From: Nitrospirota bacterium
Lineage (GTDB): Bacteria; Nitrospirota; Nitrospiria; SBBL01; JAADHI01
Direction of reading: 5' to 3'
DNA: 64,000 nt
NCBI GenBank assembly: GCA_029261195.1
Contig: JAJDBU010000059.1
Coordinates: 147,299 to 211,298, forward strand
In this document: positions 57,500 through 64,000 of the stretch, in pieces
Position numbering within the stretch: the first letter of the stretch is position 1
How the letters are laid out: every line of letters begins with the position of its first letter
Translations under genes and position numbers: made by a program
Notes under the pieces: model-generated
What the model was told of the DNA's origin: nothing
Database searches by the model: none
The model's input: the letters and a program-made list of their open reading frames with translations, nothing else

Positions 57500-58159
57500 A
57501 TGCGATACAAAGATAAAGTCAGTTTCGGATTTATTCTGCTCTTATCCATTTTCATCTCCATCGGCTTGATTGCATCGTTCCCTTTCCAGGCTTCGGCTGA
57601 AGGAGACGAAGAACAAATGGATTTCACCGGAGATCCCGTTGCCGGAGAAAAACTTGCGAAAGAGCTTGACTGCTTTCAATGTCATGTCATCGGAGATGAA
57701 GGGGGCGATGTCGGCCCACGACTCACGAATGTGGGATTGAGACGCTCTAAAGATTGGTTATTCCAATGGCTTGAAGATCCCAGCAACAGTCGCCCCGCAA
57801 CGGGCATGCCTGCCTTTGAATGGCAGTCGGAAGAAGAGATCCTCAATATCATTGCCTATCTCTATACCTTTCTTACTCCGGTTAACAGCAAAGAAATCCT
57901 TAAGGAAAAAAATCTGATCAAAGCCGGAGAACGGCTTGTAGAGGCCTATGACTGCCGGGCCTGTCATACCATCAAAACAGGGGGGAGAGATATCTATCCC
58001 AATTTGACCCATGCAGGTGATAAACTGAAACCGGAATGGGACAAAAAATTTCTAAAAGACCCCTCTGCCTGGGATATCTATACTTTCATGCCTAATTTCC
58101 ATCTGACTGATCAGGAAATTGAAGCGATTGTGTCCTATGTTTTGAGTCCAAATAAATGA
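57500..58159 (+). CDS. Diheme c-type cytochrome
   Basis: Signal peptide and two CxxCH sites (CFQCH, CRACH), each followed by a Met-containing segment (GMPAF, FMPNF). Confidence 0.75.
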   Translation: MRYKDKVSFGFILLLSIFISIGLIASFPFQASAEGDEEQMDFTGDPVAGEKLAKELDCFQCHVIGDEGGDVGPRLTNVGLRRSKDWLFQWLEDPSNSRPATGMPAFEWQSEEEILNIIAYLYTFLTPVNSKEILKEKNLIKAGERLVEAYDCRACHTIKTGGRDIYPNLTHAGDKLKPEWDKKFLKDPSAWDIYTFMPNFHLTDQEIEAIVSYVLSPNK

Positions 58160-59133
58160 TCAGACCCGCTCCCGCTTTACCCCGAACATTACTTTTTCTC
58201 TCTGTCCTGCTTTTGCAAGGAATGCTCGTACTCTCATGCACGAAGCAGGATGAAGTGAAAGTCGAACCGGAAGTTGCGTCCTCATGGAGCCTTCAGGAAA
58301 GCGGAACAACTGTAAATCTAAGCAGTGTTGTTTTTATCAATCATCGACAAGGCTGGGTCGCGGGAGAAAAAGGAACGATCCTTTATACAGAAGATTCCGG
58401 GAACCACTGGATAAAACAAGAGAGCGAAACAACACATGATCTCTTTACCATCGATTTTGTTAATGAGAAGACGGGATGGGCTGCCGGGGCCGAAGAAATT
58501 ATTCTACACACGAATGATGGTGGGCAGACCTGGTTGAAGCGATCACCCTCAGGCGCTCAAACCATTCTTGATCTTGATTTTTTAGACGAGAAACAAGGCC
58601 GTGTCCTGGGCACCTTTCCCGATATCCGGAAAACAAGTGATGGCGGGCAGCAATGGGAGGCAGAATCTACGGAAGCAACTTCCAACTGGACCAGCCTGTT
58701 TTTTCTGGATGCACAAAACGGCTGGGCCACCAGTATGCGGGGCGATATTATCCACACCAATGACGGCGGGCTTACCTGGATCGGTCAGATTAGAATTATT
58801 GTTCCGCTTTCCGGTATCTATTTTGCCAATTTGAAGCAGGGATGGGCCAGTGGCCCCGGCGGGAGACTTTTTTCGACATTAGACGGTGGAAAAAACTGGG
58901 ATGAAAAAACCTCGGGAACAGCGGCCGATCTTTGGGGACTCGCTTTTTCCGACCCATCAAGCGGTTTTATCGTTGGCGCGGGGGGCTTAATTCTGAATAC
59001 CACTGATGGCGGAGCACAATGGCAACAAAACATTTCTGCGACAAAAGAAGACCTTTGGAATATCAGTTTTCCAGACGTCTCACATGCTTGGGCCGTGGGC
59101 CACGGCGGCACCATTTTAAGTTATCAGCCCTGA
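58156..59133 (+). CDS. Ycf48/BNR-like beta-propeller lipoprotein
   Basis: Its start overlaps the upstream stop (ATGA). Lipobox LVLSC. Six Asp-box-like repeats: SGNHW, DGGQTW, DGGQQW, DGGLTW, DGGKNW, DGGAQW. Confidence 0.7.
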   Translation: MIRPAPALPRTLLFLSVLLLQGMLVLSCTKQDEVKVEPEVASSWSLQESGTTVNLSSVVFINHRQGWVAGEKGTILYTEDSGNHWIKQESETTHDLFTIDFVNEKTGWAAGAEEIILHTNDGGQTWLKRSPSGAQTILDLDFLDEKQGRVLGTFPDIRKTSDGGQQWEAESTEATSNWTSLFFLDAQNGWATSMRGDIIHTNDGGLTWIGQIRIIVPLSGIYFANLKQGWASGPGGRLFSTLDGGKNWDEKTSGTAADLWGLAFSDPSSGFIVGAGGLILNTTDGGAQWQQNISATKEDLWNISFPDVSHAWAVGHGGTILSYQP

Positions 59134-59189
59134 AGTTTTCTGTGAAGTTTTCATGAAGTCCATCTTCTCAGCCTCTGAGATGAAGTGAA

Positions 59190-59432
59190 ATGAAACAATC
59201 TCTTTTTGACTGTTGTAAAAAATCGATCAAGGTTTCTTTGGTCGTCGGAACGATACTCAGCCTCGTCAATCAAGGCGATGCCATTTTAAATAATACGCTT
59301 AGTCTTCAAGACGCTCTGCGGATCTTCTTCAATTTTTTAATTCCCTTACTTGTATCAACATATTCGAGGCTTGCCCTGTTAAAAGAGATGAAAAACCTTC
59401 AGAAACAGATCGACTCAAAAAAGGGAAGCTGA
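59190..59432 (+). CDS. NrtS-like small membrane protein
   Basis: 80 aa. KVSLVVGTILSLVNQGD and a second hydrophobic helix resemble the NrtS family. Confidence 0.45.
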   Translation: MKQSLFDCCKKSIKVSLVVGTILSLVNQGDAILNNTLSLQDALRIFFNFLIPLLVSTYSRLALLKEMKNLQKQIDSKKGS

Positions 59433-59702
59433 GTGCGTGACCGCAATGATGAGTTGATGACAAAGACTTTTAAGACATTACCATATTGCAGGGGGCTATG
59501 CATATCTGTAGGATATTGTCCTTTAACGCTTGAATCGCATGTCAAATATTGTTTGAATCTGCATCCATGTGTTTGAAAAACGATCATTAAAACCCGGCAA
59601 GGCCTTTCTCTGGCGCTTATGACGATGTATTCTATGCTGAACTCAGGGCAACAGATTTTTTTAATTCAGACTTAATCAGAGTTTCCAAAAGGAGTCTACG
59701 AA

Positions 59703-60020
59703 ATGAATATTCATCGGGTTAGTGTGGAAGAAACGCAGCAATTAATGTCAGATGGAACGCTGACCATCCTGGATATTCGTGATGAACAGTCTTATGCGGA
59801 AGGCCATCTGCCCGACGCGATTCATATCAAAGAGATCAATATCGACGATTTTATAGAAAATCAAGACAAGGATCAGGGCCTCTTACTCTATTGCTATCAC
59901 GGACATTCCAGTATCTCGGCAGCGGGCTATTTTGCCGAAAAGGGTTTTAGGCTCTGCTACAGCATGGACGGCGGATATGAAGCCTGGCCTCCGCCCGTGT
60001 CCGGAAGTAAGGCGCAATGA
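59703..60020 (+). CDS. Single-domain rhodanese (GlpE-like sulfurtransferase)
   Basis: Active-site loop CYHGHSS, and ILDIRD...YAEGHLP. Confidence 0.8.
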   Translation: MNIHRVSVEETQQLMSDGTLTILDIRDEQSYAEGHLPDAIHIKEINIDDFIENQDKDQGLLLYCYHGHSSISAAGYFAEKGFRLCYSMDGGYEAWPPPVSGSKAQ

Positions 60021-60415
60021 AGCAATCCCCCGAATGGCTTAGTGGGACGGCAATCGTCTTATTCGATGCGCTTTGTCCGCTTTGTACGCACACCGTCTCC
60101 TTCCTCATGAAGCGGGACAGCAAACATCTACTCACATTTATCTCGATGCATTCTGAGACAGGGAAAAGCCTGATGGAAAAATATGGCCTTACCCTGGAGA
60201 TGGATACCTTTGTCTTGATTCAAGGCGCTAGCGCCTTGATTCGGAGTGATGCGGTGTTCGGCATCGCCAGACAGCTTGGCGGGGGCTGGATTTTTTTACG
60301 TTTTTTTTCAGTCATTCCTCGGTCCCTTCGTGATGCCTGTTACGCCTTTGTTGCCAAGAACCGCTATCGGTGGTTTGGCCGCCATAAAAGCTGTGTGCTG
60401 CCGTCGGCCCGGTAG
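60017..60415 (+). CDS. DCC-family thiol-disulfide oxidoreductase (DUF393)
   Basis: VLFDALCPLCTHTV (DxxCxxC). Its start overlaps the rhodanese stop (ATGA). Confidence 0.7.
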   Translation: MKQSPEWLSGTAIVLFDALCPLCTHTVSFLMKRDSKHLLTFISMHSETGKSLMEKYGLTLEMDTFVLIQGASALIRSDAVFGIARQLGGGWIFLRFFSVIPRSLRDACYAFVAKNRYRWFGRHKSCVLPSAR

Positions 60416-60499
60416 GAATCAAAAGTCAAATTTTTCCACTGTCTCAAATGGGGGGAAATTTTGATGATGACAAGTTTTTGCCTTTGCTTGGTGCATCGT

Positions 60500-61219
60500 T
60501 CATTTTTTCCCGAAGTCTTTGAAAAGGCCCTTCTTCTGATCGGTAAAGCGGGTAAGCTCCTTGTTCTTTCCGACAAGGATGAGCACATCCCCTTCTTCTA
60601 TGCAATACGCATCATCAGGATTAAATATAAGTCGATCCTGTTCCTTCCTCCAGGCAAAATTCTTTGACGCACCGTCCGCTTTTTTGATGGCAAAGAGGTT
60701 CAAACCCCATTTTTCTGTGACATTCAATTCACCGAGTGAAACATCAATAAGGTTCTTGGGTACTTCCCATTGCACAATCGAATGGGTCGGTGTCAGCTCA
60801 ATATAGTCCAGAATGGCATTGCCTGAATAGGTCTTCCCGAGCCGCCGTCCCATTTCCTGTTCAATAAAGATCACACGGCTGGCTCCAACAAGATGCAGAA
60901 TGCGCTTTTCCCTTTCCGTATAGGCTCGAACAATAATCTCGCTCAGCCCCAACTCTCGCAAGATGACGGTCGTCACCACACTCGCCTCCAAATTTTCACC
61001 AATGGCAATAATGGCCGCATCGACATCATTCGCTCCGACCGACTTGAGGGCCTCTCCGTCCATACCGTCAAGTTGAACGGCGTGACTGACGCGCTCCTTG
61101 ATTTCTTCAACTTTATCTGCGCGTTCATCGACGGCAATCACTTCAGCCCCCTCAGCATAGAGGGTCTCAGCGAGACTCATCCCGAAGCGGCCCAGTCCAA
61201 TCACCAAAAATCGTTTCAT
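60500..61219 (-). CDS. trkA: Trk/Ktr potassium-uptake NAD-binding subunit
   Basis: VIGLGRFG Rossmann motif plus a TrkA-C domain. Confidence 0.85.
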   Translation of the reverse strand: MKRFLVIGLGRFGMSLAETLYAEGAEVIAVDERADKVEEIKERVSHAVQLDGMDGEALKSVGANDVDAAIIAIGENLEASVVTTVILRELGLSEIIVRAYTEREKRILHLVGASRVIFIEQEMGRRLGKTYSGNAILDYIELTPTHSIVQWEVPKNLIDVSLGELNVTEKWGLNLFAIKKADGASKNFAWRKEQDRLIFNPDDAYCIEEGDVLILVGKNKELTRFTDQKKGLFKDFGKK

Positions 61220-61275
61220 AATGCTCCTTTATTAAAATGCGAAACAGGTTCACAGTTCACGGTTTATGACCTTAA

Positions 61276-61354
61276 GCGTCATTCCCGCATGATCCTAGCG
61301 GGAATCTATCTGCTGAATGCGATGGGTTCCGGCTACAAGATTACCGGAATGACG
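61276..61354. repeat. REP-like nested palindromic element in the trkH-trkA spacer
   Basis: ATTCCCGC/GCGGGAAT (61281-61288 with 61298-61305). CGTCATTCC/GGAATGACG (61277-61285 with 61346-61354). TTCCGG/CCGGAA (61328-61333 with 61344-61349). Confidence 0.45.
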
Positions 61355-61403
61355 GCAATGTCGGGCTTATTAGCTTATCTTCAAAAAGGTGTAAACCCAA
61401 TCT

Positions 61404-63182
61404 CTAACCAATAATAACCCGTTCCTGAGGATAGGTATATTTCCCCTTGCTGACCCGTTCGGCCAGACTGAAGGCCAGTGTCAGGGGGCCGATTCTACCG
61501 ACAAACATAGTCAGGGTAATGATTACTTTTCCGACAGGGCTCAAGCTTGAGGTGATTCCCGTTGATAGACCCACCGTATTAAAAGCCGACACCGCTTCAA
61601 ACATTAGCGCCTTGAAACTACCCTCCTCCGTTGCAAGCAGCAATAATAGAAAGATGGCAAGCAGCGCTGAAGAGATAAAGGCAATTGAAATGGATTTTTT
61701 GACCGCAAGCGGAGAAAGACTTCTTTCGAACAGGCTGACCTCTTCCCGGTGGCGCAGCATCGCCCTCAAGGTCGCAAACATGACCCCGAAGGTCGTTGTT
61801 TTGATTCCCCCTGCAGTGGATGCAGGTGAACCCCCGATCCACATGAGCAGCATCAGCAAAAAGAGGCTTGCGCCTGAGAAGCTGCCGAGATTCAGGGTGT
61901 TAAAACCGGCCGTTCGTGCCGTGACGGAATGAAAGAAGGCCGCGAGCCATTTGTCAAACCACGAGAGTCCGGCCAGGGCATTGTTGTATTCAAGAAGATA
62001 AAGTCCGATCGTTCCGATGAAAAGAAGCGAGGCCGAGATGGAAAGCACCATTTTAGAGTGAAAACTGAGCCGCCAGGCCGCTCGTCCTTTATTGATGATG
62101 GGATAACTAAGCAGGTTGTTCAGCACCGGGAAACCGACGCCACCTAGAATAATCAGGAAGACAATAGTGAGATTGATCGCGATGTGTCCCGTATATCCCT
62201 CTAGATTGCTCGGGATGAGGGAAAACCCCGCATTGCAAAAAGCCGAAATCGAATGAAAGACTGCAGTAAAAAATGAGCTGCCTTCGGGAAGAAAGACCCA
62301 CATCAAAAAGGCGCCGACAACCTCAATACTGAATGTCATCATCAAGATCAGTCCAATCTCTTTCCGCACCGTACCGATGGACTCTGTTTCGAGCACCCCT
62401 TGCAATGCAACCTCGTCATGGAGCTTGATGCGCTTATGGGAAATGAGGGAGAACAAGACACCGAAGGTCATGATGCCAAGTCCTCCGAGTTGAATCAAAA
62501 CAAGAATGACCCAAAGGCCGCTTGGCCGGTAAAACTCAGAAATTGGCCCTAGCGCCAGGCCTGTGACCGTGCTTGCAGAGGTGGCGGTAAAAAGGGCGTC
62601 GATGATTGAAATTTTTGAAGGATCGATCACCATCTGCGGAAGAGAAAGCAGCAAGGTGCCAATCAGAATCAATACAACAAAACCCATTAAAAGTGTTTGA
62701 GCCGGTTTTAAGCTGATGCGGCTGAAAAGGCCTGCAACGACATTGAATCTGAGGACATAGATCAAGAGGGAAGCACTGAAAAAAATGATACTGTAGGCTT
62801 GATAGGGTTTCGCCATTGGGCCGGTTAGCCCTTCCCAGATTGCGTGCAGAATCAAGCCCTTTTCAACATAGAAAAGTAGGGAAATTGCAAAAAGAGCGAT
62901 GGGAATCAGTTTTTTCTTCCAGGAAAGACGTCTGAATTTCAGTTGAAGATATCTTTCCTCAAAGACCAGTTTGACCAGAACGCCAGCTTGCAGAAACATA
63001 GCAAGCACCTTGCAGGGAAAAGGTAGCCAGGCGGAAAAGTCGAGAATAAGAGAAAAGAGCAACATCCCTGCAGTAGAGAAAACCTTAACCCCTCGTAAAG
63101 AGTTTGTCAGTGAGACAAGTAAAGCTTTAGGGAAAAACCGGGAAAAGGCCGCTAAAATTTCTCGAAAATCAAAATTTTTCAC
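61404..63182 (-). CDS. trkH: TrkH/KtrB-family potassium transporter with N-terminal extension
   Basis: Four MPM-type repeats with filter-like segments (TATSASTVTGL, ISAFCNAGFS, VTARTAGFN, FNTVGLSTG). About 150 extra N-terminal residues with about 4 TM helices. Confidence 0.8.
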   Translation of the reverse strand: MKNFDFREILAAFSRFFPKALLVSLTNSLRGVKVFSTAGMLLFSLILDFSAWLPFPCKVLAMFLQAGVLVKLVFEERYLQLKFRRLSWKKKLIPIALFAISLLFYVEKGLILHAIWEGLTGPMAKPYQAYSIIFFSASLLIYVLRFNVVAGLFSRISLKPAQTLLMGFVVLILIGTLLLSLPQMVIDPSKISIIDALFTATSASTVTGLALGPISEFYRPSGLWVILVLIQLGGLGIMTFGVLFSLISHKRIKLHDEVALQGVLETESIGTVRKEIGLILMMTFSIEVVGAFLMWVFLPEGSSFFTAVFHSISAFCNAGFSLIPSNLEGYTGHIAINLTIVFLIILGGVGFPVLNNLLSYPIINKGRAAWRLSFHSKMVLSISASLLFIGTIGLYLLEYNNALAGLSWFDKWLAAFFHSVTARTAGFNTLNLGSFSGASLFLLMLLMWIGGSPASTAGGIKTTTFGVMFATLRAMLRHREEVSLFERSLSPLAVKKSISIAFISSALLAIFLLLLLATEEGSFKALMFEAVSAFNTVGLSTGITSSLSPVGKVIITLTMFVGRIGPLTLAFSLAERVSKGKYTYPQERVIIG

Positions 63183-63324
63183 AATAAAAGTTCTGCTCCA
63201 AACGACAGGCAGTTTACCATAATTAATAAAATGCGGAGGGGAAATAGAAGGGAACTTGCAGCGCTGAAAACAGAAAGGGACTGGAAGCGGTCTGATGTTT
63301 TAAGAATGCCCCGGAACGTCTTTT

Positions 63325-63363
63325 GCTTTGTGTCCTTCACCAAAGTGGTGAAGGACACAAAGC
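63325..63363. other. Perfect 17-bp hairpin abutting the 3' end of tRNA-Pro
   Basis: GCTTTGTGTCCTTCACC (63325-63341) pairs with GGTGAAGGACACAAAGC (63347-63363), with a 5-nt loop. No U-tract on either strand. Confidence 0.6.
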
Positions 63364-63367
63364 ATGG

Positions 63368-63444
63368 TGGTCGGGACGACTGGATTTGAACCAGCGACCT
63401 CTCGCACCCCAAGCGAGTGCGCTACCAGGCTGCGCCACGCCCCG
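63368..63444 (-). tRNA. tRNA-Pro (anticodon GGG), CCA encoded
   Basis: The reverse complement reads CGGGGCG TG GCGC AGCCTGGTA GCGC A CTCGC TTGGGGT GCGAG AGGTC GCTGG TTCAAAT CCAGT CGTCCCG A CCA. This is a cloverleaf with anticodon loop TTGGGGT. Confidence 0.9.
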
Positions 63445-63458
63445 ATGATCCCCATGAA

Positions 63459-63776
63459 TCAACTTAACAAATGGAGTAACTCTTCTAATTCTTTTTTCAC
63501 ATAAGTGAGCGTGTGATGAACATCGTTACGATTTTCTAAGCGAGGCGAAGACTTCAGGCGCTTTCTTGCTCCGGGGATGGTTAATCTCTCCTGATAGAGC
63601 AAGCGTTTGATTTCGACAATCAGATTAATTTCTCTCTTGGTGTATGTCCTTTGGTTCCCTTTGCTTTTTCTCGGATGCAGTGTCGGAAACTCGGTTTCCC
63701 AAAACCGGATCACATAGGGTTCAAGCCCTGTTTGCTGGCTGACCTCACTGATTTTGTAAAACAGTTTTTCCTGCAC
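63459..63776 (-). CDS. MerR-family transcriptional regulator
   Basis: N-terminal HTH (YKISEVSQQTGLEPYVIRFWETEF) and RTYTKREINLIVEIKRL. Confidence 0.8.
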   Translation of the reverse strand: MQEKLFYKISEVSQQTGLEPYVIRFWETEFPTLHPRKSKGNQRTYTKREINLIVEIKRLLYQERLTIPGARKRLKSSPRLENRNDVHHTLTYVKKELEELLHLLS

Positions 63777-63781
63777 GCCAT

Positions 63782-64000
63782 TTATTCGTTGACAGACTGT
63801 TTAAAAAGCTGGCTCGGCCTGAATGTCACGACGCGACGGGGAGTGATGCCGATTTCTTCTCCCGTTTTGGGGTTTCTCCCCTTTCTCGCCTTTTTTTCTC
63901 GTACGACAAAGTTTCCGAATCCGGCGATTTTAACGGTCTCCCCTTTTTGCAAGGTTGCCTTGATTTCATCCAGCACCATGGTCAGCACATCTATAGACTC
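63782..64000 (-). CDS. ihfA: Integration host factor alpha subunit (5' end outside the window)
   Basis: [38 protein letters not shown] closely parallels E. coli IhfA. The frame stays open to the window edge ([13 protein letters not shown]), so the real start lies beyond 64000. Confidence 0.85.
   Translation of the reverse strand, partial: ESIDVLTMVLDEIKATLQKGETVKIAGFGNFVVREKKARKGRNPKTGEEIGITPRRVVTFRPSQLFKQSVNE

Noticed and set aside
60893-61414. 173-aa plus-strand ORF
   Set aside because: It is mostly antisense to trkA and runs across the REP-like spacer. No motifs.
63179-63412. 77-aa minus-strand ORF
   Set aside because: It overlaps tRNA-Pro and the 17-bp hairpin, so it is spurious.
1-64000. 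CRISPR arrays, rRNA genes, intact IS elements, integrases and prophage genes
   Set aside because: Reading the sequence by eye, I found no array of three or more regularly spaced repeats, no rRNA-like sequence, and no integrase, transposase or phage structural ORF. Only two-copy repeats were seen.
63325-64000. Genomic island integrated at tRNA-Pro
   Set aside because: The genes on both sides are core-like (trkH; the MerR regulator and ihfA), and no integrase or direct repeat of the tRNA 3' end was seen in the window.

Overview
64-kb chromosomal window with roughly 50% G+C by eye (not computed). I call about 60 protein genes and one tRNA-Pro(GGG). I saw no rRNA, CRISPR array or intact mobile element. 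Left to right: (1) housekeeping and metabolism genes (mtnA, apbC, a PCP-reductase-domain protein, ilvA), a DUF1302-like outer-membrane barrel, a DUF2235/Tle1-like hydrolase fused to a membrane domain, a Ppx/GppA phosphatase, and a GyrA-like protein without the catalytic Tyr; (2) a visibly A+T-rich two-gene module encoding a Roc-COR GTPase and a small helical protein; (3) a PspA-centred envelope-stress cluster ending in a membrane-bound spermidine-synthase-like enzyme; (4) a K+ channel, lgt, truA, an amidase and clpC; (5) a DAB/Mps-type inorganic-carbon pump locus: a frameshifted MpsC-like gene, DabB, an extra antiporter-like subunit, DabA and a P-II-like protein; (6) a respiratory block in which a cytochrome bd-like oxidase fused to cytochrome c is translationally coupled to two MrpD/NuoN-like subunits, with CBS-pair proteins nearby and paralogous cupredoxin-like genes on either side; (7) pgm, pdxH and a 645-aa unknown tail-anchored protein; (8) typA, a CopD-like protein, a rhomboid protease, several c-type cytochromes, a Ycf48-like propeller, rhodanese, a DCC protein, trkA/trkH, tRNA-Pro, a MerR regulator and partial ihfA. 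The gene content resembles an autotrophic, cytochrome-rich bacterium such as the Nitrospirota, but that is inference only and needs a database search. The most interesting candidates are the bd-like oxidase with MrpD-like subunits, the Roc-COR pair, the elaborated DAB locus with its frameshift and leader terminator, and the catalytically dead GyrA-like gene.
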